From Jimgerdemannia flammicorona (taxonomy: Eukaryota), in contig RBNJ01000104.1 of NCBI GenBank assembly GCA_003990765.1, positions 1 through 41,681 on the forward strand: DNA of 41,681 nucleotides, given 5' to 3'. The notes below the pieces were generated by a model, which was given only the letters and a program-made list of their open reading frames with translations, searched no databases and had not been told where the DNA came from. Positions 23,651-37,359 of this stretch are shown piece after piece. A program made the translations under genes and the position numbers. The stretch's first letter is position 1. The number at the start of each line of letters is the position of its first letter.

Positions 23651-25680
23651 TATAAGCACACAATCTCCAAGCTACTGAAATCACATATGACCTCTGAACA
23701 AATCTTCAAATCACCTGCAAGATCACAAAGCTGAGTCAAACTGAAGTCACAGTATTCAAAGCTAAGTTAACTCAAAGTCATGAAATATAAGATTCACACA
23801 AACAGAATCTTACTAATCAGGACCAAATGTATATATATTGAGCACTAAGATGCATTGAAACAGAGAACCAAAACAAACCAAATAAACAATTCCAACTTCT
23901 GAACATATACAAACATGACTACTGAGATCTACAACTACATCCATACTGACATTTAGAATGTTATTGCCAATCGAGCCACACCCCCTCTACCCCTTATGAA
24001 TATCCATAGCTTAGCACCCCTCTACTTTGTAGAAGTCTGATGGAATGCCCTGAACATGCTTAGCAAAGCCCACCAAATTGGACAAATCTCAAGCTATCAC
24101 CAGATTGGCTGCCTTCTAGAAGATATGTCAAATACTACCATGATACAGATATTACTCAGATGTCTCAACACCAGAAACTCATTGCCTGCAAACATTGAGA
24201 ACTCTTCTACAAGTATAGCACTGTTATTTCTTGCCTCTGAGTTACTACTACTAAAATAATCACTACTCTGTCCTATGGCCAAATAGATGATATGATATAA
24301 GAACTCAACCACAAGTACCTCAAGTATATTCAGACCACAGACAGAACCTTCTCACACCCCAATAACTATATCCTGCAGATGCCCCAAGTCAGATATACCA
24401 TGAAGGATGTCTACAATATAATCTGATTTAATGAAGATGAAGCAGAAGACAATGATCTCTCTGATACTGATATAACCTCCAGCCAAGGATCCCTACTGAC
24501 CCTGATCACTCCACCAATCTTGCTGATGAACTTACAATAGTTTATAATCACCTACAAGACTTATTGGGACAATGACCACTGGCACAAGTACCAACTCACA
24601 TTTACTCCCAATTATTTCAACTACAATGAAGAGACTGGAGAATACAATCTGTACCTCCAGACAACTCTCAAGATCAAACTGATAACTCTGCTATCTGAGT
24701 ATGAGCAACATGAACTATAGCCACCAGCTTACTACAACTCAGCAACTCATAGTGTCATAACTTATAGAAGGTATACAGATAGTAATTCTGATGAAAGCAA
24801 AGATAATATACCCCTCCTTCACCCACCTACATCTTATCTAGCATATGAGACAGATGATGCTATTCTGTAAGATGGTGATGAAGTCTCAATATATTATTAC
24901 CTTAGTGAAAAGGAGAATTAATCCATGAATAACTCTTTCTAGATAACTACTTTATCAGAGATGATATCATCAATAGTGATGTCATTGAAGACTACTCAGA
25001 CAGCATCCAAATCTATAGATAGCTTAGCAGTCATAGTATAGTTAGATTAGTCTTATATGACATGATTGTGAACTGACTCAGCAGTCAGATGATCTCTTGA
25101 TATATTTGATCACACTTATACTATATGACTGCATTTCAACTCAGCAAAGTACTAAGTACTATATCCATATTCAGCATAGCCCTCACTAGTATAAATATCC
25201 CCTCCTCCAGACCTCAGAATCTCAGACTCAAACATATAAGAACATTTCTGAACACTTTTCCACAATATCCCTTCACACAACTACTTCTAGTATACATAGT
25301 AATATCATGAATAGTAAATAAATCTATATAATAACCCACAAACCACTCTTAAGTAAATCCACTCCCTATTAGGTCTCACTCTTAACCCTGTTACAAAATT
25401 TCCTAATTGGGTATTGTCTTCAGCAATATACCAATTCAACTAAGCTGGTCTTAGTTTCTTAAACTTCTAGAAATATGGAAAATTCTGAACATCCAGAACT
25501 AGTCCAAATAAGGACTTTGGTTGAAACAACAACCCAATCTTAAAATCAATAAGCATAGAGGATGTACTCCATATAAAATTGATCTTGATCTTAAGAAAAT
25601 AGTCTTCCAGAATATCCAGAACTTCTAAAAAACCCTTCCAGAACTATGTAATAGTTATCTTAACAAGTAACCCTCTTAAA
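23651..25680 (+). repeat. 5' LTR (~2.03 kb)
   Basis: Direct repeat of 32237-34301; TATAAG...CTTAAA (TGTAAG...CTTACA mutated). Confidence 0.93.
23915..24921 (+). pseudogene. LTR-internal ORF, ~335 codons, unknown product (second copy ~32527-33538)
   Basis: MTTEIYNYI...EDMVEHHHDTDII...YKTYWDNDHW...YYYLSEKEN*. Most stops and all indels differ between the two LTR copies, so the consensus is nearly open. Confidence 0.7.
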
Positions 25681-25683
25681 ACT

Positions 25684-25695
25684 TAGTAGCAGTAG
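25684..25695 (+). other. Primer-binding site, initiator tRNA-Met-like
   Basis: TAGTAGCAG 3 nt after the LTR equals TGGTAGCAG with one G>A. Confidence 0.6.
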
Positions 25696-27704
25696 TTTAC
25701 AATCCAATTCTACTTTAAGATGCTTCTTTACCCTACTACAAATACCTCTGAGAATTCCTATAAGTTGGAATTAAGCCCAACCTCTGAAATGGAATTTATT
25801 CTAAACTATCTACAATCTGGAGAGAATTGATGACATATAAGGACAATTTGATCTCCATACCTACAATAAGTGGGACAAACTTCATTTAAAGATAGAAGTA
25901 CTCCAGTTAAATCAGCAGATAGATAAAACCCTATATACAAAACTCCTTATACTACACTCAGTAAGTCAAGATGAAGAAGGTCTTATAGAAGCCTTCTTTA
26001 CTCTTCTCAACAAGAGTTTTGTCAGCTCCACAAATCCAAGTGATCTAGGATAACCAGCAGTGGTCTTTCTAGCCTTAGTTCCTCATGAAGCCCAAGTCTC
26101 TATAGTCAAGTGGCTCAACTCTACCAACTTTCACTGTACCAATACCAAGACTACATTATATTATAAATTTCAGAACAGCAAGGCCTGCCATATTCTTAAG
26201 AAAGAAGTAAGAGAAACTCTTCATCAACAACCTGACCCTGAACCAGAAGTAGGTGCAGCTACAGCTCTACCTAAACCCAAAACCAATTCTGAATCAGAAC
26301 TTGACTTTGAATTAAGTTCTTCCAAAATCAGATATACAACTGATTCTGTCTACTTCGACATTGAGTAAACCCAACTATACAGAGACCAAAGCCAAGAGAA
26401 GGAGGAGTATCTCAGTGAATTTGATTCCGGATATACTACTAAAGGAGATATACCTCTATTAGAACAGAACATACCTATATAGCAACAGATAGCTATCTAT
26501 TGAGCCCTCACTCCAGACCCACAACTACTATTTCAGCAACTTACACAGACTCAAAGAACACTCTCACATTCTGCACCAGTATCTCAAGTAGTACCAGTAA
26601 TACTACTACTAACTACTACCAGTAGTTCAACTGCCTCCAGCAAACAATATGGCAAACCAACAGATTCTAGACCTTATAGTCCAAATAGCAACAATAGCAG
26701 CAACCATTACTGCCTTAGCTGAACAGACCTGATCTACCAAAAATCTGAGCCTATCTACCTTCAATAGTACTGCACAAGAAGTCCAAAGCTTCATTAGTAT
26801 AATTGACACTAACTTTGAAGCCAATCAATAGACCAATGAGCAAGTTGCTAACTGCCTTCTGATAAACAATCAAGACCACACTCTGGAACAACTCTTTGCT
26901 ACTACTATAGTCTATATCTGTCAAGTTGTTATATTCTTCCAAGGACCTGCCAAAGAATGGTGGCGAACCCTTTCTGAAAAACCCCTCACATAGGATACCT
27001 GATCTACAGTAATTGCCCAAAATACAGCAAATAATGCCCCAGGATATGGAGCCCATCCTGCAGCTCCTGGACTCTGATTGCTCAATACTGCAGCAAAACC
27101 ATAATTGCCAAATCTTGAGTAAATCTCTGTAACCTCAAATTTGATATATATGGTAAGGAGGAATTTAAAACCTTTGGTACAAAACTCAAGTCACTTCTGA
27201 ATACTATTGGCCTAGGATATATTTCCAATAATGAAGCACAAAATGGTACAAGAGCAGATCATCTATTTGATACACTACCTGAATGGCTTACAAGAAAAAT
27301 CTGAGAATAAGAATGTCCAGTTAGTTGTGATCACCAACAATGGTGCCTAGTAAGAATTAAGACTATGGTTAAGCAAATCCTAACAGCTAGACCAATTCTG
27401 CTCTGAAGACAATTTAATAATAAGGAAAAGACTTGGACTAAGAAAGAAGAACCCAAATATGAAACATCCTGAGCTCTCTCAACATCCACCTCATAGACAC
27501 TCAGAAATCATAAACCCACCCAGTCAAGTACTTTTAAGAAACTTACTGAAGGAGAAAGAAATGAACTTTGAAGAAGTAGAGCATGCTTCTATTACTGAAA
27601 GACAGGATATATAGCCAGTGCCTGCTCCAACCAAAAACTCCAAACAGCAATATGAGCAACTGTTACTACTCTGCACCACCTCAATAACCTGACTACCAGA
27701 ATAC

Positions 27705-28110
27705 TAGACTTTGTCAATTTAAGTCAAACTACCAAGGCCCCAACTAAAGAAAGTCAAAAGGCAGCTGGATATGACCTGTATGCAGCCAAAGAAGCTATAG
27801 TTTCCAACTGAGAAGTCAAGCAAGTCTATCTAAGAATCAGCATCCAAATCTCTGAAGGATATATTGGAAGAATATGCTGTTACAGCAGCCTAGCATTGAA
27901 AGGACTCTCAGTAGAAGGAGGAGTTATTGATGAATATTATACAGGTGAAATTATTGTCTTCATCTGAAACCATAGTTGGATACTCTTCAAGATCTCCATT
28001 GGTTTCTGTATTGCCCAGATCCTATTTGAAAAAATCAAATCAATCCTAATAGTCAAGGAAGTCTCTGAACTACTACCTACCATCTGAGGATCTAAAGGAT
28101 TTAGCTTATC
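27705..28110 (+). pseudogene. Retrotransposon dUTPase domain between Gag zinc knuckle and protease
   Basis: KAPTKESQKAAGYDLY, GYIGRIC.YSSLA, GGVIDEYYTGEI, IAQILF, GSKGFSLS correspond to trimeric dUTPase motifs 1-5. Confidence 0.9.
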
Positions 28111-31100
28111 AAACAAGGCCCCAGCCCAACTTACCATGAGCAAAGAAGAATAATTCTACAAGAAAATTGAAAATAGATATGTATCCAGTAGCTGATACCC
28201 CTATGGTATTGGAATGTACTCTTTCTGAATGATTGATGATTGCTTCTCTTGTATCAATAAACTGGCTCAAAGAAGAACCAATAGAAGGAAAGCTCCTACA
28301 ATCAAAATTACCACCATTGGATCAGACAAACTACTCACACTTCAAGCTTTTGTCAACAGAGCACCTGTCAAGATTATGATAGACAGTGGTGCCTCAGGCA
28401 ACTTCATCAATGAAGAAACAGCCAACAGACTCAAGGTCCTGACATCTCTGGTACAACAAACTCAAGCAGTTGTTACAGCTAATGGAATCTCTCATGTTAT
28501 TAGCAAGGAAGTCCACAACCTGCCCTTCTGAATTGGTGACTACTAAGTACATATTACTCTGCAAATTATATCACTTCTTGACAATGAAATCATTCTTGGA
28601 ACCTTATGATTGAAACAAGAGAACCCCATGATTGATTGGGTAAACCATTCTCTGATCATTAAGAAAGGATGCCACAATTTCAAACTTCAAGGTGAAAAAG
28701 ACCCACTCAGCTCTAGTGACTCTGGAGCAAAGATCACCTATATCAACAAGCTATAGCTTAAGAAATTGGCCAAGAAATACCCTCTCTTTGCCATCTCCAT
28801 CCACCCATTCAAAGGAGAACCTGAGAACTCTGAAGAAGACTTTTTGAAAGTTGACAGCTGTGTTAGACCTCTACTTTAGAAATTCCGAGACATATTCCTG
28901 AAGAAACTCCCAAAAGGCCTACCTCCTAAATGAGCAGTTGACCACACCATCAAGACCATTCCAGATGCCAAGCCAGCCTTTAAGTCAATCTACCACATGT
29001 CTTCAAGAGAAATCAATATACTCAAGAAGGAAATTGATGAACTTCTAGAATAAGGATTCATTAGATCTAGTATATCACCCTATGGTACACCAGTCCTCTT
29101 TGTTGTAAAGAAAGGAGAAGACCTACAAATATATATTGATTACCATGACCTCAATGAACAGACTATCAAGAACTGTTGCCCACTACTCAGAATTGATGAA
29201 ATATTCAATAGGCTTACCAACCTGTAATTTATGAGCTCTTTTGACCTGCAAAATAGTTACTGGAAAATTGCCATGAAAAAAGAAGACATCTACAAGACAG
29301 CCTTCTGAACTTACTATGGATACTTTGAGTTCCTGGTTATGCCCTTTGGCTTAACTAATGCTCTAGCAATCTTCCAGACCCTGATGAATACTATTCTGTA
29401 CTTATATTTGAACAAATTTGTTGTTGTTTATATTGATGACATACTAGTCTTCAGTAAAACCCTGGAGGAACATCTTAAACACCTTGAACTAGTACTACTA
29501 AAACTCCAAGAAAACCAACTCTTTGTAAAACTCTGCAAATATGAATTTCTTCTAAAGGAAATTCAATTTCTTGAACTCATTGTTATACTGAATGAAATTA
29601 AAGTAGACTTTAGAAAAATCTCTGCAATCAAGGATTGGCCCAGACACAAGAAGCTGAAAGACCTCTAGTTATTCCTGGGATTAGCAAACTATTATAGTCG
29701 ATTTGTTGTCAACTTTACCAAAATTGCTACTGCCCTTATCTAAATAACCAAGTATAATAAGAAAGAAGAACAGTCCTGGACCATGAAATAAGAAAAAGAC
29801 TTCAACAATCTTGTAAATTGGAGACCTGAACAAGATACAGCCTTTCAAGCACTAAAGGATGCCTTAATAACCACTCCAGTACTCAAGTAGCAAACCCTGC
29901 CCTACTATATAAAGTTACTACTAATACCTCTGACCTAGCCCTTAGAGCAGTGCTCATACAAGAAGGACACTCTGTGGTCTATCATTCTCATAAGTTCAAT
30001 AATGCTGAAATCAACTACATAACTTATGAGAAGGAAATGTTAGCTATTATAGATACTCTGATCAAATAGTGACTATACTTAAAAGGAGCACACTTTACTA
30101 TATTAACTGATCACAAGACATTAGTCAATATCAAGACTCAGGCTACCCTTTCCCAAAAGCAAGCCAGATGGATGAAAGTCCTTGCCAACTTTGACTATGA
30201 AATCCAGTACTGCCCTAGCAAGGAAAATATTGTTACTGATGCAATCTCCAGACCACTAATTGAAGAAGTTATCCAAACCCTCATCTTGGTTACAAACTCT
30301 ATCATGAAATAAATTATTACAGCATGCACTGATAATAAAGAAGCTCAAGTACTCTGAGAAATTCTGAGCAGTAACAATGCTGACAAGTATATGTACTCAG
30401 TATCATCAATACCAACAAAAGGACAATACTATCTACTACAAGGACAGATTATATATTCCAAACAACTGAGACCTCCAAAGAACTATCCTATTTGAATGTT
30501 ATGATGCTCCTACAGCCAGACATTTAGGATTTGATAAGTACTATGAAGTTATTTCCCAAAACTTCTATTGACCCCATATGGCAGATCAGCTAAAGATCTA
30601 CATCACTTCCTCTGATGCCTGCCAATGTAATAAGTCCTCAACACTAGCAAAACCTGGCCTACTCCACCCCATCCCAGCACCATCTGCTAATTGGGAACAA
30701 ATTTCTATAGACTTTATTGTACAACTATCCTGGACCAAGAATGGGAAAGATGCAATTATTGTCTTTATAGACTATCTCAGCAAACAAGCCCACTTTGTGC
30801 CAACTACTACTACTGCAACAGCACCAGACATAGTCACACTCTTGTTTAATAACATATTCCACTATCATGGTCTTCCTAAAATCATTATTAGTAACCAAGA
30901 TCTGAAATTCATCAGTCATTTTTGGAAAACCCTCCATGCATACCTTGAAACAAAACTTGCACTATCCACAGCCTTTTACCTTGAAACTGATGACCAAACT
31001 GAAAGAATGAACTGAACTCTGGAATAAATGCTAAGGAAGTATATTTCCTACAGATAAGATGATTGGTATGAATACCTCACAACAGTTGAGTTTGCCTATA

Positions 31101-32236
31101 ACAATAGCAAGCAAACCTCTCTTAGAATGACTCCATTCTTTGCTAATATAGGACAAAATCCAAACACCCCTCTGACACTTATCTGAACTACTAATGAATG
31201 CTCCACAGTCAAGCTGTTGAAGAATTCCTGCTCCAAATGTGTAATCTAAGCCAGATCACAATCAAGAATTTATCATGAGCTCAAGAATAATAGTTATAGT
31301 ATGTCAATCAACACCACTGAGAAGAAACTTTCAATATCAGAGAAAAAGTTCTACTAGACTTCTGAGGATACCAAGTTGACAATCTCAAGCACAGACTATC
31401 TACAAAGCTGAACAGCAAGTTTATTAGACTACAATAAAAAAAATAAAAAAAAGCAAGTTTATTTCAACATTTGAATTTATTGCACAAGTCTCTCCTACTT
31501 TCTACAAATTGGTGCTACTAGACACCATTAAGATATACCCAGTCTTTAATGTCTAATATCTTAAGCAATATAATGAAAATGATGATAAGCTATTCCCAAA
31601 CTGAACCACAGAACCATCTGTATCTGTCATTATTAATGACCAAGAAAAATATGAAGTTGAATGAATCCTCAACAAACATAGCCACAAGAACCATCCTGAG
31701 TACCTTGTCAAATAGAAGGTTACCCAATCCATGATACAACCTGGGAACCCAAGACCAATCTCCAGAATGCTACCAACTTAGTTTAGAAATATGATTTCTT
31801 AAACAACTAAAACCAAATACTCAGCACCTATTAGTATATACTATATATTACTCTCCTAAATATTATAATTATCATGAACAAAATCAAGAACTCAGCAAGT
31901 CAAGACAAAAGAATACTGACCCTCTGGAAAAATAGCAAAACTGAAAGCAAGCCTATTCTCTCTATCCACTAGTGGGAAATGAGGTGTAGAAATTTAAGAA
32001 GATTCCTTAGAGAAAATTTTTCAGCAGTGAATTGTCAGAATTATTTCCAGTATATAGCATTGAACACATGACCATTTAATGTGTGAATTTAATGCATTAG
32101 GCAACTGTACTATGAGCATATCACTTTCTGAGAAAAATAGACTTTACTGGACTTTTGACCATCCAAATAGTATAATAACACTAGAACAAAATTAGAAGGT
32201 CCCAATGAGGATATCAAAAGCTAAGAAGAGGAGAGT

Positions 32237-34301
32237 TGTAAGCACATAACCTCTAAGCCACTGAATCACACATCACTCTCTAAACAAGCTACCAAAATCA
32301 TACATGATCCCTGAACAAATCTGGAAATTATCTACAAGATTACAAAGCTAAGTCAAACCAAAGTCACAGTACACAAAGCTGAGTCAAAGTCATGAAACAC
32401 AAGATTCATATAAATAGAATCTTACAAATTAGGACCAAATGCATATATACTGAGTACTGAGATACATTGAAACAGAGAACCAAAACAAACCAAACAAATA
32501 ATTCCAACTCCTGAATATATACAAACATAATCACTGAGATCTACAACTACATCTGTGCTGACATTTGGAATACCATTGTCAACTGAGCCACACCTTCTCT
32601 GCCCCTTATGAATATCTATAGCTTAGCACCCCTCTACTTCATAGAAGCCCAATAGAATGCCCTGAACATACTTAGCAAAGTTCACCAAATCAGACAAATC
32701 TTAAGCTATGACCAGATCAGCCACCTCCTAGAAGATATGGTTGAACACCATCATGATACAGATATTATCCAGATATCTCAATATCAGAAACTCATTGCCC
32801 ACAAACATCAAGAACTCTTCTACAAGCATAGTACTGTTATTCCCTGTCTCCAAGTTACTACTGCTGAAATGGTCACTACTCTGTCCTATAGCCAAATAGA
32901 TGATATGATACAAGAACTCAACCACAAGTACCTTGAGTATGTTCAGACCACAGACAGAACCTTCTCATACCCCAATGATCATATCCTGCAGATATCTCAA
33001 GTCAGATATACCATAAAGGATATCTATAATATAATCTGATTTGATGAAGATAAAGCAGAAGACAATGATCTCTCTGATGCCAACATGACCTCTAGCTAAG
33101 GATCCCTACTGACCCTGATCACTCTACAAATCTTGCCAATGAACTTATGTATAATAGTTCATAACCACCTACAAGACTTATTGGGACAATGACCACTGGT
33201 ATGAGTATCAATCTACATTTACTCCCAATTATTTCAACTACAATGAAGAGACTGGAGAATATGGTCTGTATCTCCAGACAACTCTCAAGATCAAATCAAC
33301 AACTCTGCTACCCAAATATGAGCAACATGAACTACAGCCACCAGCTTACTACAATCTAGCAACTCATAGTGCCATAACTTATAGAAGGTATGCAGACAGT
33401 GAATCTGATGAAAGCAAAGATAATCACCCCTTCTTTGCTCACCAATATCTTATCCAGCATATGAGACAGATGATACTATTCTGTGGGATGGTGATAAAGT
33501 TCCAATATATTATTATCTCAGCAAACAAGGAGAATTAATCTGCAAACAACTCTTTCTAAATGACTACTTCATCAGAGATGATGTCATCAATAGTGATGTT
33601 ATTGGAGACTACTCAGATAGCATCTAAATCTATAGATAGCTTAGCAGTCATTGTATAGTTAGATTAGCCTTGTATGATGTAACTGTTAACTAACTCAGCA
33701 GTCAGACAATCCCCTGATATCAGATCACACTTGTACTATATGACTGAATTCTGACTCAGCAAAGTACTAAGTACTACACCTATATTCAGTATAGCCTAGA
33801 TAGCCCCTCACTAGTATAAATATTCCCTCCCCCAGACCTCAGAATCTCAGACTCAAACATATAAGAACATTTCTGAATACTTCCCCACAACATCTCTTTA
33901 CACAACTACTCCTAGTATAGCAATATCATAAATAGTAAATAAACCTATTTAATAATCCACAAACCACTCTTAAGTAAATCTGCTCTCCATTAGGTCCCCC
34001 TCCTAACCCTATCATGAAATTTCCTAAATGGGTATTGTCTGTAGCAATATATCAATTCAACTAAGCTGGTCTTAGTTTCTTAAACTTTCTAAAATATGGA
34101 AAATCCTGAACATCCAGAACTAGTCCAAATAAGGACTTTGGTTGAAACAACAACTCAATCTTGAAATCAATAAGTATAGAGGATGTACTCTATACAAAAT
34201 TAATCTTGACCTTAAGAAAACAGTCTTCCAGAATATCCAGAACTTCCAGAAAACTCTTCCAGAACTACATAATGGTTACCTTAATAAGTAACTCTCTTAC
34301 A
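32237..34301 (+). repeat. 3' LTR (~2.07 kb)
   Basis: Preceded by PPT aagaagaggagag; TGTAAG...CTTACA 6-bp inverted termini. Confidence 0.95.
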
Positions 34302-36794
34302 ATCTGGGGCTGGTGATACTGCTGTATAAGAACAAGGGCAGGAGAGAGGATTGAAAGAACTGGAGACTGATCATACTACTGGACATAGACTGGAAGTTGA
34401 TAACTAAGGTGATAATAGTGAGGTTGCAGAAGGTGGCCCATCAGATCTTGGGGGCAGAGCAGTGGGGCTTTGTTGAAGGCAGACTTATTCAAAATGGTAC
34501 AGCTTGGGTATATAGTATTATTGAAGGGGCTTGGGCCTGTAGATTGGATGGGTGCCTGATCTTTTTGGATCAGGAGAAGGCATATGACTATATTCAGAGG
34601 GTCTGATTGGTAAAGGTACTGGACAGAATTAGAGTTCCTCAATAGTTCTGAGTGGCAATAGTCAGCCTACTGGAAGAGAGTAAGGCTGTACTCATATATA
34701 ATAGGCATAAAGGGGTGGCTTTTCCTCTGGGTAGAGGTGTGCCTCAGGGGGACCTGTGTCTCCCATTTTGTATGCACTCTCTTTAGAGCCCTTAATGGAT
34801 AGGATTTGGTAGAAGATAAGAGGACTTTTGATTTATAGTATTGAGTAGAAAGTTGGTGCTTTTGTAGATGATATGGTGGTTGGCCTGGATTTGATTGCTA
34901 ATATTGAGGAACTCAAGGAGACTGTAAAGTAGTATGAGATATACTCTGGGGCTAAACTCAATTGGCACAAGTATGAAATAATAGTGTTGGGTAATGGTCT
35001 GGTGGGGGGGGGATGTCATTGGAACAATTGTCTCTGCTGGGGAAGTAATGAGGTACTTGGGCATTTATCTGTTAGTATATGAGTCCATTCTTCTAAGACT
35101 CTGGTGGGAGCAGCAGGTGGTTATCTGGGGGGAGGTCTTGCAGAGCTGGAGAGACTACTACCTGTCTCTGGTGGGGTGTGTTTCCATCTTGAATACTTAC
35201 TGACTGCTGAAGTTATAGTATCTGATATATCATCTGGACTTTCTGATCTGAGTGGTAAAGAGATTGATGAATCTGGCCAAGGAGTGGATCTGGGCAGGGA
35301 GGAGGAGTCAGATTAGCTGGGAAATTCTGTCCTTACCACTGACTAGAGGGACTTAGGCTGGTTGACTTCCTGAAGAAGTTACACTCTGAAAACATGATGG
35401 CTGAAGAGAGCTATTGAGCTGGGGGACAGTAGCTGGGTTTCTCTATTGGAGAAGGTCTGGGAGATAAGGTCCTCTCTGAGAGGTTCTACAGGAGACCTTC
35501 TATCTTTGGTTGGACTTTAAAACAATGAGCACATGCAGTTTAGGGACTTCTGGTGGAGAGTCACTGATGGAGTACACTGCATTGTCATTTATTGGCAGAG
35601 AGATGAGGGAGAAAGACCTTGGCACCTGATAATGTAAAGATGGAACCAAGTGTTGCTGGGGGGCATTCCCCTAGGTGACTTTGATATTAGTGATGGGGTT
35701 GAGTGTCAGAGGGAGTTGGGGCAGGATCTGTGGCCCAGTAGATAGCAGTTAGTGGGTATTGGTAAAGAGTGAGATTGAAATAGGATCTGGAACTAGAGTG
35801 CTGAGGTTCAGTAGTAGCTACCACTGAAGTATTGGGTAGTCTGATGGTAAATGTTAAGAAGAAATATCATGCTCAACTTTTACTCTGGCCATCTGGTGGA
35901 AGGGGAATCCTTTGACTGTGAGAAGTACTATAATGTTGGGCAGGAAGGAGGCTTAGTACAGATATCTGAACATTGACTTAGAGAGTGTAAAGTGCTTAAT
36001 AACTTCTGGATAGCAGTTGGAGAGAGGTTGGGTGTCATACAGAAGAGAGATGGTATGAGGGGTCAGTGGGAGGATCTATGGGACAGATTGGTGAGAGAAA
36101 TTGGGATAGAGTAGCTTACTTTAGAGTGGATGCTAGCTATATAGATAGGGTTGGTAGGTTACTGGCTGTATGTATTTGAGGATAGGAGATGGATGTGCTT
36201 AGAGGCATGACTGTTGTAGTGAGAAGGGCTGATGGTAGATACTCTGATGGATTGGTGACTGAGGTGGGGACTACAGGGGGATTGGTAGTATCATTTGGTG
36301 AAGATATGTGGACAGAATGAGGAGAGGGTTGGGGTTGTGGGAGACAGGGTAATTTTTAAGCATGAAGGGGTAGAAGGGAGAGGGGGGCTCCCCTATAGGG
36401 ATTGGGTAGTAGGAAGAGATTATGTAAATTTATATATAGACTGATAATAAATGGCAAAGTCTGAGTGATTATAAAAAAAAAAAAATATATATATATATAT
36501 AATTTTATCTATACTATAAACTAAGAGATATTTATTATTCATCCAATCTGATATATAATATGAGCTAAGGTAGTATATATCTATTATTATTTATAATTTA
36601 AGCTAGATTTAATTTATATTTTATATTTATTTATTAATTTTTATTAAATTTTAAATTTTATAAAAAGTTTATTTCTATATATAATATTATGTTATTATAA
36701 GAAAATATTATATTTATTAACTATTTTAATATTCTTTATTATATATAATATTTAAAATATTTTATTAAAAATATATAAACTTAATAATATATAT

Positions 36795-37283
36795 TATAAT
36801 AGTTAATATAAATTAGAAACATTAATTAGAAAAATAGATATTTGATCATAGTACCTGAATCTGATTCCCAAATATAGTATAGACTTACAAATAGCTGTCA
36901 TTTTATAAATGAAGAAACTTTAACAAATGTTAAGATTTTATAAATATCAAGATTTAATAGATATTGAATTTTGACAATTATTAAAATTTCACAGATATTA
37001 AGAATTCATACTTGTGAAAAATGATATATAGAAACTATGGTTATAACATAGCCACCTATAGCTAGCAAACTTATATAAATATTTCCAGTATCTAGAGTAA
37101 ATAAATTTTAGATCAAAATAGTTCAAAGTAAAGAAAAAGTAAGAGAACTAGTAAGTCTGTAGATAGATATACTTTAAACTCACACTCTTATACTCTAAGA
37201 ACTCTATGTGAGTCAGAATATAATCAAGTTTCAAGATACAGAAATCTGCTATACTTCTAAGATCTGACTTCTACTATATTATA
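36795..37283 (+). repeat. 5' LTR of a third LTR family, followed by a PBS remnant
   Basis: AT-shifted copy of 40372-40858; followed by acttagtatc (TGGTATC-like). Confidence 0.75.
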
Positions 37284-37359
37284 ACTTAGTATCTATTAGT
37301 TAATAATTTAAGATAAATTCCTCAATTTTAAGCTAAATTATGAATAACTGCTTTTATTT

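Larger units (their letters stand above)
23651..34301 (+). mobile_element. Full-length degenerate Ty3/gypsy chromovirus: LTR-PBS-gag(CCHC)-dUTPase-PR-RT-RNaseH-IN-chromodomain-PPT-LTR
   Basis: TSD ATCTG at 23646-23650 and 34302-34306. AAGYDLY ~27762, IDSGASGNFI ~28379, MPFGLTNA/YIDD 29339-29440, IDFIVQL..FIDYLSK ~30708-30783, YEVE.IL..EYLVK..TTWEP ~31649-31750. Many transition-derived stops. Confidence 0.95.
19959..36485 (+). mobile_element. Full-length degraded L1/Tx1-like LINE (ORF1 ~20041-22090; ORF2 from 22103), split by the gypsy insertion at 23651-34301
   Basis: APE motifs FSLNVNGL ~22125, SRIDWIL ~22693, SDH ~22773. RT motifs APGEDGLP ~23520, QWGFVEGR, LDQEKAYD, GVPQGD ~34736, AFVDD ~34858. 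Cys/His C-terminal remnant, AATAAA at 36446, poly(A) 36473-36485. Confidence 0.9.

Noticed and set aside
31874-32210. Possible small ORF after the chromodomain (MNKIKNSASQDKRILTLW)
   Set aside because: Several stops or shifts and only one full copy to compare.
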